Shown piece by piece: positions 40,101 through 48,506 of a DNA stretch of 64,000 nucleotides; the first letter of the stretch is position 1, and every line of letters starts with the position of its first letter. Location: the NCBI GenBank assembly GCA_012517355.1, contig JAAYVD010000112.1, forward strand, positions 2,769 to 66,768. Direction: 5' to 3'. Both the position numbers and the translations under genes were made by a program. Under the pieces are notes generated by a model. It worked only from the letters and a program-made list of their open reading frames with translations, did not search any database and had not been told where the DNA came from. The stretch comes from Candidatus Rifleibacteriota bacterium. Its GTDB lineage: Bacteria; Muiribacteriota; Ozemobacteria; Ozemobacterales; Ozemobacteraceae.

Positions 40101-43100
40101 CGCCGGAGACTACGCGGCCCGGGTCGGCGACGACCGCCGGGACGAGCTGGGACAGGCCGGCCGGGCGCTGGACCGCATGACCGGCTGGCTGGCCGAGCGG
40201 CAGGAGATGAGCCGGTTCGTCTCCTCCCAGGTGCTGGACGTGGTGGCCGCCGGGGACTACCGGGGGGCCATGGCCGGCACCCAGCGCGAGGTGGCGATCC
40301 TGATCTCGGACATCCGGTCGTTCACCACCCTGTCGGAGGAGCATCCGGCCCGGGATATCTTCGCCCTGGTGAACGGGCACATGGAGGCCATGACCCGCGC
40401 CATCCAGGCGGAAGGCGGGATGATCGACCGGTTCGTCGGGGACGCCGTGCAGGCGGTCTTCTACGCGGCCGAGGCCGGAACGCCGGGGGTGGGCGGCCCC
40501 GCCGACCGCGCGATCCGGGCGGCCCGGGCGATGCGCAAAGCGCATCTGGCCAGGATCGAGGCCCGCCGGCGGGAAGGGTTGTTCCCCTACGAGATCGGCA
40601 TCGGCATCGAGCAGGGAACGGTGGTGGCCGGCGTCATGGGCGACGGGCAGGCCCGGCTGGACTTCACGGTGCTGGGAGAGCCGGTACAGGCCGCGGCCGA
40701 ACTGGAAGCCGGCTCGAAGCACGGCACCGCCACGAAGATCATCGTCTCCGACCTGGTCAGGCAGACCGTTGGCGAGAGTGTCCCGTGCCGCCGCCTGCCC
40801 GACGGCCACCCCGGCTGGGAACTCGCTTCGCTCGAGGAGGGCGCTCCCCCCGCCTCCCCCGCCTCCCCCGCCGTCCCCCTTCCCGATCCCGCCCCCATCA
40901 CGCCAGCCCGGCCTCCCCGCCTCCCCCGCCCTGATCCCCCCACCTTCCCATCCGCCCACCACCGCACCTCCCACCTTCCCTCCCTCGCAAGGCCATCATC
41001 TCCCCAACCCGCCACGCTCCCCGCGCCTCACCCCCCGCCTCCCCACCTCGCCGCCTCCCCCTTTCCCTCCTACGGCGGCCTGCTTCCCCTGCTGGTTCTG
41101 TGGCTGGTGCCCGCCGGCCTCCTCTTTCTCGGGGCGGCGGCCCTGCGACAGGCGGGAATCCGCCAGGCGATCGGCGAGGCGAGGGACCAGGTGCGGGAAC
41201 GCCTCGGCCGGCTGGAGGGGGAGATGCGGCCGGAAACCCTGGCGGCAAGGCTGCTCGCCGGAATCGTCATCGGGGCCGGCCACCCTCGCCGGGGAACGCC
41301 GGCCGGCCCTCTGAACCCGGAGGAAGCCAACCGCCTCGGACGGGCGTTGGCCAGCGCCAACGCGAAATCTGCCGGCGCGGCGACGACGGCCAGGCCGGGG
41401 AGGCCGTCATCCGGCCGCTTTTTCGTCCTCTCCGCCCCCGCCGACATCGATCCGGGATCGGCGTGGGGGACCGAATACATGCCCAGGATCCGGCCCGCCC
41501 AGGTGCGGCTCCTGTTCCAACGCGCCCGGGGCGACTTCCCCCTGAGCCTCGACGAGGTCCGCCGATTCGCCACGATCCTCCTCATGATGGAGATCGACCC
41601 CCTGTTCACCCCCAATCGCTCCTATTTCCGCCTGTCCGACTGGTTCTACCGGTGGTTCCAGCGCTTCTTCGTCGGGCCTCGCGGGGGAGCCATCGGCCAC
41701 CACGGGTTCATCCGCAACGCCCTGCTGTCCCGCGGCAACCTGCTGCCGATGCGCTTTTGCGAAAGCGACTGGCTGATGTTCTGGCTGCCGGTCAGGCGGC
41801 AGCCCGGTGCCGGTGATGGCGGAAACCGGACCGCCCAGGAGGGGCCGGGAACGGACCGGGGACTCCCGAGAACCGGCGGCACTGGCCTCTCAGCCCGTTC
41901 AAGCCGGGATGAGGGGGATCCTGACGGGGACGGGCCCCGCCCGGAGGAAGCCCGCCAGGGGGGCATCAGCCAGGCCACGGTCATCGGAAGCGGATCGCCC
42001 GGGGCAATCCCCGCCGGCACCCCGCCAGGGCCGTACTCCCCGCCAGCCGGGGACCGGGCGGCTGCCGCGGAGGGGCCGGTGGCGGGGCTGGTATTGGCTT
42101 TCCTGCCCGGCAAGGGGCTGGCACCCGAGGCCGGCTACCGATTCCTGGCCCAGGACCTGGCCCGCCAGGGGTTTCCCGCCGCGATCGCCTGGAAGGCCGG
42201 TCGGAGACGCCGCCTCGTCCGCACGGGGGCCTTCCGGAAAGCAGGGCTGTCCGCACAAGAACCGGGCGACGCACCATTCACGCTCGAGGAGCGGGCGGGG
42301 TGGGTGGTCGGGTCGCAGGTGTCGGGGGGGCTCCGCCCCGCCCGGGTGTTCCTGGCCCGGGATTGGCACCGGCACCTGCCGTGGTCGGCACACCTGGGGA
42401 CAGCGGGGATCCTGGCCGCCGGGGGTTGGCTGCTGCTCGGGGGCTGGACGGTCTGGCGGCTGGGCCGTGGCGAACGCGGGGCCCCGGCCTCGTTGCGGGG
42501 CCTGCTGATGGGAACCTTCGCCCTGGTGGTGGTTCCCACCCTGGCCGTCGGGTTCTTCGGGGTCGAGCGGTCGCTGCTGGAGCGGGCCACCCGGCTGCGG
42601 GCCGACCGGGCCCGCGACCTGACCGACCTCCTGGCGGCGGTCGACCGCAGCCAGGACCTGGCCCTCACCTTCGCCTGCAACCTTGTGGCGACCCAGCTCG
42701 ACCGGCCGGAGTTCCTGGCCGACCTGGCCCGGTTCGAGAAAGGATGGCCACCACCCGACCGCCCCGATGCCCCGCCTCCGATGCGCTCCCTCCTGGTGGC
42801 CTGCCAGTTCCTGGGGCTGTGGCCGCGGGCCGCCGAACTGGTGTCGGTCACCGGCCTGACCGGCGGCAGCGGGCACGACCAGCGGTTTTTGGAAGCCCTG
42901 CGGTGGTTGTGGAACCGCAACCTGTCCGCCCGGCACGCCGCGGCGGGGGCCGACCTTCCCGTCTCGCAGCGGCGCGCGAACCTGGTGGTGGGGACCCAGG
43001 TGGAGGAGTTCGGAACGATCCTCCGCAGCCTGATGCCTCCCGCGGGTCTCGCGGCCTGGATGAGCGCGCCCCGCGCGGTGGTGTCGGTCAGCTCCTCTCT

Positions 43101-44448
43101 GGAGGAGCCCCAGTTCTTCTCGACCCACCACCTGCGCCGGGACGGCATCCCCACCTGGATCGCCGAGGTACAGTTCTCCCAGGGGCCTCTCCTGCGGCTC
43201 GCCCTCGAAGACTGGGACCGGTATCTGGCCCTGGCCCCCCACCCCGGATGGCGGATCGGCGTCTCCAAGCGGACGTTTCCCGGATGGCGGCTGGTCTCCC
43301 CCTTCGTATCGACCGACTGGGAACCGGGTCCGAAACCGGCCGACCCAGGCTTCTACCGGCAGACCCCGACCGTTCGGGGCGAGGAACCCCGAACGACCCT
43401 GCTCTGCCGGATGGCCGCCGAGGGCGGGCGGCCCGCCATCGTCCTTCCCGAGAGACGGGCGACCGGTCGGCTGTTCGCCGCCACGCCGGGTGGGGGGCCC
43501 GGCAACCTGCTGTTCTACGGCTCCCTGCCGGCGGCGGCCATCTTCGACGAGGCCGAAACCCAGGCCGCCGGCCAGCGCGGGCTCCTGCTGGCGCTGGCCG
43601 TCCTGGCCGCCCTGCTGGCCGCCGGCGTGGCCGAGGCCTTCCTGCAGCCGCTGCTCGCCCTGGCCGCGGCCGCCCGCCGCCTGATGGGGCGCGAGTTCAC
43701 CGCCCGCGTGCCCCAGGACCGGGACGACGAGTTCGGCCACCTGGCCACCGCCTTCAACGAGATGGCGGCCGGGGTCGAACAGGGGCGGCGGCTCCGGCGG
43801 TTCGTCTCCGACTCGGTCCGCGTCGCGGCCGGGAACCGCGACCGCGCCGCCGCCGCCCGGGCCGGTGAGCACCGGGAGGCGGTCGTCCTGTTCGCCGGCC
43901 TCGGAGGGTTCAAGCCCCTGCTGCACACCGTGCCGCCCACCGCACTGGTCGCCGACCTCAACCGGTTCCTGGCGGGCGCGGCGGCCGCGGTGCGGGCCGA
44001 GGGCGGCGAGATCGACAAGTTCATCGGCGAAAAGGTGCTGGCCGTCTTCCACCCCGACCGCTTCGGGTCGGCCACCGCCGCCCTGGCCGCCGCCCTGCGC
44101 GCGGCGACCCGTCTGGCCGAAGACACCCGCGCCCTGCCGGCCTGGCGCGACCACCCGGTAGGCATGGGCCTGGTGGCGGGGAAGGTCCTGGCCGGCATCC
44201 TGGGCACGGCCGAGGTGCGCCTGGAATACACCGTCCTCGGCGATACCGTCAATCTCGCCGCCCGACTGTGCGACCTCGCGCTCCGGGAGGGCGGCGGCCT
44301 GGCCGTCGAGCAGGAGTCGCTGGCGCGGGCGGACGCCCTGGCCGACCCCCGGTTCCGACGGCTGGGCGGGATCGCCCTCAAGGGCAAGACCCGCACCGTC
44401 GACTGCTGGCTGGCCCCGTCCCTCGGCCGGCCGGCCGGAACCAGGTGA
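37138..44448 (+). CDS. Giant membrane class III adenylate/guanylate cyclase with two TM-HAMP-cyclase halves
   Basis: GTG overlapping upstream TGA; HAMP (RRDELGQAG; RDDEFGHLATAFNEM); cyclase motifs ISDIRSFTTLSE/DRFVGDAV and DKFIGEKV/YTVLGDTVNLAARL; about 4 TM per half. Confidence 0.9.
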   Translation: MTRAAPPGTAPVVPPVASPVASPVVSPSASPDTRLGVSPADSPAPLQAPTAVDAPAAFPADLSPLPTDPSSAGAPGGPGRGNGPPVADRAQGSPPRGPRAAWISLVMNWGVPFLLSLLPLVVLHLAAGEEQARRGADARRERRERVRLQADHLRRASSFPFWAERAARLLKRGALAGLAGTQSRGQNPGHAAAPPHTGDVSGIGPPPAKGEAAVPIRHPWPPPGDPSDIGSGGTGHFGGPRSPPSPTGTAATPDPSSAEIGRPVGVPFSGGRPGRFLVPTPAPGGGPATNRAGVAEALARGLGTALRRLQRSEPRPGAATPFRGRRGGQGILPTSERSNLAGCQVWAVAFPTGNPAEGVEPCRAPPLRQDFSALMTGLLQDIGRQQAIEAEEGKAARHAGGGKNDESGGGSERPAGPFDATRLRRLEAGFGEGLSADLFTGSHRGTGFPVLFRGIPHIMVWDLVFFRERTVGAFLVLLPLPDEAGHAALQLTLRYWPKGGFRPAFLPMPTERRGILPPPLLHPDLVRAPVLADIERLRRQMRIWQPAGTRFEGTRVGLLAPFTGRLVRLPAAAGWWGMVTPLDPLTGHLGLLVGRFPDLPPSALDLFRGMADMAWIFVWIMVAIRAALVGTRPAGVRRQATLWLLGVTGMPVVLGIMVGVQLNGDLRSNRLEQLERDLERAMGDLETGANRLNDRIVQQCKERFHEGGFRAALRQAIANPAAREGFLRDLAAGFRRHGLPISGLRVMGRDGQAMESFAPWLRQLSIRQLQASLQDAWDLYLAGPDGGRKRPTTTLARWQQNVFAVKGAEEQPLAWQSGNRKFFLWRMIIQEKGRPFCQVAVVWSHEKLYRAYLERAVQGPGLFSGRTDLSLSVYLPQGDDLEEVGASANLVAGREDLRRVARAAVRAKMRRITEDALTVGFPSERLPGYVFLGQASLAPLRAELWREWLGIGIVTLGLFALVLAAARLLGFRLAAPVVRMTAELRRVAAGDYAARVGDDRRDELGQAGRALDRMTGWLAERQEMSRFVSSQVLDVVAAGDYRGAMAGTQREVAILISDIRSFTTLSEEHPARDIFALVNGHMEAMTRAIQAEGGMIDRFVGDAVQAVFYAAEAGTPGVGGPADRAIRAARAMRKAHLARIEARRREGLFPYEIGIGIEQGTVVAGVMGDGQARLDFTVLGEPVQAAAELEAGSKHGTATKIIVSDLVRQTVGESVPCRRLPDGHPGWELASLEEGAPPASPASPAVPLPDPAPITPARPPRLPRPDPPTFPSAHHRTSHLPSLARPSSPQPATLPAPHPPPPHLAASPFPSYGGLLPLLVLWLVPAGLLFLGAAALRQAGIRQAIGEARDQVRERLGRLEGEMRPETLAARLLAGIVIGAGHPRRGTPAGPLNPEEANRLGRALASANAKSAGAATTARPGRPSSGRFFVLSAPADIDPGSAWGTEYMPRIRPAQVRLLFQRARGDFPLSLDEVRRFATILLMMEIDPLFTPNRSYFRLSDWFYRWFQRFFVGPRGGAIGHHGFIRNALLSRGNLLPMRFCESDWLMFWLPVRRQPGAGDGGNRTAQEGPGTDRGLPRTGGTGLSARSSRDEGDPDGDGPRPEEARQGGISQATVIGSGSPGAIPAGTPPGPYSPPAGDRAAAAEGPVAGLVLAFLPGKGLAPEAGYRFLAQDLARQGFPAAIAWKAGRRRRLVRTGAFRKAGLSAQEPGDAPFTLEERAGWVVGSQVSGGLRPARVFLARDWHRHLPWSAHLGTAGILAAGGWLLLGGWTVWRLGRGERGAPASLRGLLMGTFALVVVPTLAVGFFGVERSLLERATRLRADRARDLTDLLAAVDRSQDLALTFACNLVATQLDRPEFLADLARFEKGWPPPDRPDAPPPMRSLLVACQFLGLWPRAAELVSVTGLTGGSGHDQRFLEALRWLWNRNLSARHAAAGADLPVSQRRANLVVGTQVEEFGTILRSLMPPAGLAAWMSAPRAVVSVSSSLEEPQFFSTHHLRRDGIPTWIAEVQFSQGPLLRLALEDWDRYLALAPHPGWRIGVSKRTFPGWRLVSPFVSTDWEPGPKPADPGFYRQTPTVRGEEPRTTLLCRMAAEGGRPAIVLPERRATGRLFAATPGGGPGNLLFYGSLPAAAIFDEAETQAAGQRGLLLALAVLAALLAAGVAEAFLQPLLALAAAARRLMGREFTARVPQDRDDEFGHLATAFNEMAAGVEQGRRLRRFVSDSVRVAAGNRDRAAAARAGEHREAVVLFAGLGGFKPLLHTVPPTALVADLNRFLAGAAAAVRAEGGEIDKFIGEKVLAVFHPDRFGSATAALAAALRAATRLAEDTRALPAWRDHPVGMGLVAGKVLAGILGTAEVRLEYTVLGDTVNLAARLCDLALREGGGLAVEQESLARADALADPRFRRLGGIALKGKTRTVDCWLAPSLGRPAGTR

Positions 44449-44693
44449 CGAAGGCGGCGCCGGAAGCCATCTTTCCCGCCTGGGGCAAGGTGGCTGCACT
44501 GGCCATCGGCGCCTGCTGGCGGCGGAGGGCATCCTGCCCTCTTGCCCCGCCTTGCCCCCATGGAGCCCGGGAGCGCGCCACGGCGGAGATCCTGCCGCCG
44601 GGGATTCACAGCGGCAGAACCGTCAGACCTCCGGTTCCAGAAGGTCCGTGAATCCGCCTGGCCGTGAAGACAGGATTCCGGAGCCCGACCCGT

Positions 44694-44924
44694 TCAGGGT
44701 GCCGCCGGGGCGGGAAGGTTCGACCGACCGGCCTCGGCGCTCGCCGCCGGGACCGGCGCGGGGCTGGGGGCCTGCCCATTCCGGGCCGTGATCGACCACA
44801 GCGTCTGGGTGACCACCGCCAGGCTGCTCTGGGAAAGAACAATCGACAGGACGAAGGCGAACACGAAGCACCAGAACGCCTGCCCGATCAGGATCAACCG
44901 ACGGTACCGTTCCAACTGGCTCAT
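44694..44924 (-). CDS. Small single-TM hypothetical protein
   Basis: 76 aa with hydrophobic LILIGQAFWCFVFAFVLSIVL; GAGAGGA RBS. Confidence 0.5.
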   Translation of the reverse strand: MSQLERYRRLILIGQAFWCFVFAFVLSIVLSQSSLAVVTQTLWSITARNGQAPSPAPVPAASAEAGRSNLPAPAAP

Positions 44925-45114
44925 GCAGTCCTCTCATGCGGCCGCCAAGGCCGGATTCCCGCGACACGCAGCCTTCCGCCCCGCTGGCGCGAAGCCGGAA
45001 AGGTGGCCCGGGGTCGCGGTCCGGACCATCGGCTTCCCTCATCGGCAGGTTTCCACGTTCATCCAACCCCCTCCGCCCCGATGGGCCCGCAACTACCCGA
45101 TTCCACCGGGCAAA

Positions 45115-45196
45115 GGGCCCTTTGCATGGCGCAAACGGGTGGTTCCCGCCGCCATCCATGGCGACGAGTGGGAATGGCCGGTCTCGCGTCGGTCGG
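45115..45196 (+). repeat. Degenerate 81-bp repeat copy (intergenic)
   Basis: gggccctttgcatggcgcaaacgggtggttcccgccgccatccatggcg...cgcgtcggtcgg. Confidence 0.7.
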
Positions 45197-45228
45197 TGCA
45201 AGTGGCCGGTCGGGGGGACCCGGGGTGG

Positions 45229-46434
45229 TCAGTAGGGCGGCAGCAGGCGCCGGAATCCGTGGGCGAGGACCACGGCCAGGAAGAAGAGGTTGCGGGCCAG
45301 CCGCGCTCCCCACCAGGGCCACTGCACGGTGGTCGCTCCCGGTTCGCCGGCGACGGAGGCGGCGACCTCTTCCAGGTAGGCCGGTGAGCACGGCCAATCC
45401 GCCAGGCCTGCCACCCAGTCGGCGGGAAACCCTGCCGGGCCGACGCCCGCCCCCAGGATGCCGCCCAGGATGGCACCGGTCGTGTCGGCATCCCCGCCGG
45501 CGCCGATCATGGCGGAGAGGGCGGTCCGGGGGTCGTCGCCCCAGCGGAACCAGCACAGGCAGACGGCAGGCACCGTATGCAGGATGTAGCCCGACACTCC
45601 ATGCGGCGACCCCAGATCCGCCGCAAAAGCGGCCACCGTGGCGGCGGGGGAGTCGGCTTCCCTCGTCGCGTTGGGAGCGACCGGGAATTCCCCTGAACCG
45701 GAGAACGAAGCCGGCGATACCGCCGGGCCGGAGGCCGGAACCTGGGGGCCGCCCGGTGCAGGTGGGGGAAGGGAGGCCCCGGCGGCCGCGGCCTGGCGAA
45801 GGGCCTCCAACAGCGTGGGACCCGCCGGGTGGCCGGCCAGGGCGGCCGCCACTTCGTCCACGAAGGCGGCGGGATCGGGCCGGCCCCCGCCCTGGCGCAT
45901 GGCCTGACGGGCCGCCAGGGCGATGACCAGGGCCCCGGCCTCGGCCCGGGGATCGGTGTGGGTCAGGCGAGTCGACACCCGCACCAGCTCGGCAAGGCGG
46001 GCGGGGTCGTCGCCGGCCACCACCCCGAGGACGGTGGCCCGCATGGCCGGCCCGTTCCCGGCCGAGACGACCCCGGCGGTGGCCGGCGACCAGCCCAGCC
46101 AGAGTTTTCCCAGGGCCCGCAGAGTGGCCCAGCCCACCCCGGCGGGCAGGGCGGCCACCCACCAGCGCAGGTAGCCGGCCAGGGCCAGGCCGAAGGCGGC
46201 CGGCTCGCCGCCGCTGTCCCGACAGGCGAGGGCGGTCAGCACGGCATGCTCGGTGTCGTCGGACACCATGCCCCGGCCGAACAGGAACCGGTGGCGGAGG
46301 GGCGGCGGGAACAGGCGGGCCAGGCGCCGGGGCGACAGGTTCTCGCAGGGCAGGCCCAGGCTGTCGCCGAGAGCCTGTCCGAGAAGGCAGCCGGCCAGGG
46401 CGCGGCGACGATGGTCGCTGGCCGGGAGGCTCAC
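45229..46434 (-). CDS. ADP-ribosylglycohydrolase (DraG/ARH family)
   Basis: GQALGDSLG, VSDDTE, SAGNGPAMR, LTH, GGDADTTGAILG. Confidence 0.92.
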   Translation of the reverse strand: MSLPASDHRRRALAGCLLGQALGDSLGLPCENLSPRRLARLFPPPLRHRFLFGRGMVSDDTEHAVLTALACRDSGGEPAAFGLALAGYLRWWVAALPAGVGWATLRALGKLWLGWSPATAGVVSAGNGPAMRATVLGVVAGDDPARLAELVRVSTRLTHTDPRAEAGALVIALAARQAMRQGGGRPDPAAFVDEVAAALAGHPAGPTLLEALRQAAAAGASLPPPAPGGPQVPASGPAVSPASFSGSGEFPVAPNATREADSPAATVAAFAADLGSPHGVSGYILHTVPAVCLCWFRWGDDPRTALSAMIGAGGDADTTGAILGGILGAGVGPAGFPADWVAGLADWPCSPAYLEEVAASVAGEPGATTVQWPWWGARLARNLFFLAVVLAHGFRRLLPPY

Positions 46435-47675
46435 CGGGGGGGACCCGGCGGAGCGGCGGGGCCTTCCATTTCCTTGGCCAGGATCCGGGCCACGCTGTGG
46501 ATATGGCTCAGCAACGAGGTGTAGCGGTTCAAAAACGGCAGGGACAACACCTCGTCAAACATCTTGCGGGCCTGGGCCGGCTGGCCGAGGCGGCGGTGGA
46601 GTTCCCCCACCAGGAAGCCGGTGACGATCACCCCCCGTTCGCTGAGGGGTTCCTGATTGGTCTCCATGCGCGAGGTGCGGATCGTCGCCGAGGGATACCT
46701 GCCGTCGGTCATGAAATAGGGGTTGTAGGCGCGCTGGAGGCAGGCGAGGGCCCGCTCCTGGGCGAGCCGCTCCTGCACCGGGTGGCCGGCCCGGCGACAG
46801 AGCCAGGAACATTTCAGGAAGAACTCTCCGGCCAGCTTGAGGGAACCCCGCAGCCGCAGCGCCTCGGCCGCCACCGCCGCCAGTTCGAAACTCTTGACCC
46901 CGTGCAGGATGGTGCGCTCCCCCTGAAAACTGAGATTGAATGCCAGTTTCCGGCGGTCCTCGATGGCGGGGGGGGCCAGGAACTGGTGCCGGGGGCCGTC
47001 CTGGCAGGAGGCCTTGTCGAACATGCCGACGTAGTGCGCAAACAGGCAGCCCGGGCAGACCATCACCGTATACAGCTCGGGGTGGACGCTTCCCGGACAG
47101 ATGGGGCAGAAATCGGTGTCGGTGTCGCTGATGGGCACCGTCCACAACTTGAAGCGCAGCCCCTCGAACGCCTTCCCGCACACCGGGCAGGTCAGGGGGA
47201 CGACCCGCAGATAGGGATGCTCGTCGAAACGGGGAGCCGCCTCCCGGGTGTCGGTCTCCGGGGCGGCGGCCTCGGGCGAGGGAAGGACCTCGTCGTGCTC
47301 GACCAGTTCCAGCTCCTGCCGGAGACAGTTCAGGATCTGGATCAGGCGGGGGATGACGAGGGGTTTGACCAGAAGCCCCAGCGCCCCCTGGCGGATGCAC
47401 GACTGGGCGAGGCTCCCATCGAAGCGGGAACTCAGGAACACCAGCTTGGCATCGGGGGCGTTGGCCCGGGCCCGGGCCGAGACCTCTTCCACGGTCAGCT
47501 GCTGCTGGTCGAGGTCGATGAACCAGGCCACGGTCAGGGCGGTGGTCGACCACTTCTCGACAAGGTCCATGGTGGCGGCGAGCCGCGGGGAAAAGCCGTG
47601 CTCCCGGATGGTGAGTTCCAGCAGGACGGAATAGATCGGGTCCCGGCAGAGGATGATGACCTGCAACCGACGCAT
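46431..47675 (-). CDS. Receiver-like domain fused to a DUF2225-type zinc-binding/TPR-like domain
   Basis: N-terminal FIDLD..FLSS..GALGLLVKP; CPVC..DTDFC..Y.VMVCPGC..LKCSWLCR..LVGELHRRLG. Confidence 0.8.
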   Translation of the reverse strand: MRRLQVIILCRDPIYSVLLELTIREHGFSPRLAATMDLVEKWSTTALTVAWFIDLDQQQLTVEEVSARARANAPDAKLVFLSSRFDGSLAQSCIRQGALGLLVKPLVIPRLIQILNCLRQELELVEHDEVLPSPEAAAPETDTREAAPRFDEHPYLRVVPLTCPVCGKAFEGLRFKLWTVPISDTDTDFCPICPGSVHPELYTVMVCPGCLFAHYVGMFDKASCQDGPRHQFLAPPAIEDRRKLAFNLSFQGERTILHGVKSFELAAVAAEALRLRGSLKLAGEFFLKCSWLCRRAGHPVQERLAQERALACLQRAYNPYFMTDGRYPSATIRTSRMETNQEPLSERGVIVTGFLVGELHRRLGQPAQARKMFDEVLSLPFLNRYTSLLSHIHSVARILAKEMEGPAAPPGPPR

Positions 47676-47891
47676 GCCGATATCAGCTTCCGGTGCGGGT
47701 TACATCGGGACTGGACGCCATGGTTCCGGCCGCCTCCTCGGGAAGTGCATCCCCCTGTTGCCAAAAGGGGATGGATCTATGTACTATATACCTGTCGGGT
47801 GACCGGCGCGTCCAGTTTAGCCTGGCCGGCCACCATGAAGGCCAAGAGGACCAGGTCACCCCCGACAGAGGCGGGGAAAGGAAGACACGGA

Positions 47892-48389
47892 ATGGCGAAC
47901 GAGAAACCGGCGGGCGTTTCGTCTCCCCTCCCGCGGAGCGTCTGCCCGACCTGCAAAACGCCCAACGATCTCGGAGCCCTGACCTGCAAGAAATGCGGCG
48001 AGATCATCAAGAAGGGCGCCAAAGGCGGCGGCAAGTCCGCTCCCGAGTATGACGCCACCGAAGGCAGTTTCTCGCCGGCCTGCGTGGTCATTCCCGCCGT
48101 CCTCATCCTCGCCGCGGTCGTGTTCTTCCTGCTGGCGGTGGGGCGCGGGCCCAAACCCGGCACCTGCGAGTACAACCAGGCCCAGCTGGCCAAGGCGGTC
48201 TGGCGGTACAACAAGGCGAACCCCGACCGCCACATGACCACCCTCGACCAGGATGCCCTGACCCGGCCGGGCAAAGGGGGCAAGCCCATCATCAAGGACA
48301 AGATGGTCTGCCCCGTCAACCCCGACGCCACCTACCGTCTGGAGAGCGACGGCTCGGTCTCCTGTTCCCGCTGCACGAAGAAGCGCTGA
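47892..48389 (+). CDS. Zinc-ribbon, single-TM protein with pilin/pseudopilin-like disulfide-bonded head
   Basis: CPTC..CKKCG, TM VVIPAVLILAAVVFFLLAV, CEYNQAQLAKAVWRYN..CP..Y..VSC. Confidence 0.75.
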   Translation: MANEKPAGVSSPLPRSVCPTCKTPNDLGALTCKKCGEIIKKGAKGGGKSAPEYDATEGSFSPACVVIPAVLILAAVVFFLLAVGRGPKPGTCEYNQAQLAKAVWRYNKANPDRHMTTLDQDALTRPGKGGKPIIKDKMVCPVNPDATYRLESDGSVSCSRCTKKR

Positions 48390-48403
48390 CCCGGCGGGCC
48401 GCA

Positions 48404-48432
48404 TTGACGGCCACCCCCCTGGTTGCTATCCT
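48404..48432 (+). promoter_or_regulatory. Sigma70 promoter of the TPR-glmS unit
   Basis: TTGACG-17 bp-TATCCT with TG extension. Confidence 0.7.
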
Positions 48433-48506
48433 GGGCCGGAGTCCTCCTGCCGATGGTAGGAAGAGAACACGGGGATTCCCGTGAATTCGTTCGTTCCCGG
48501 GAGGGC

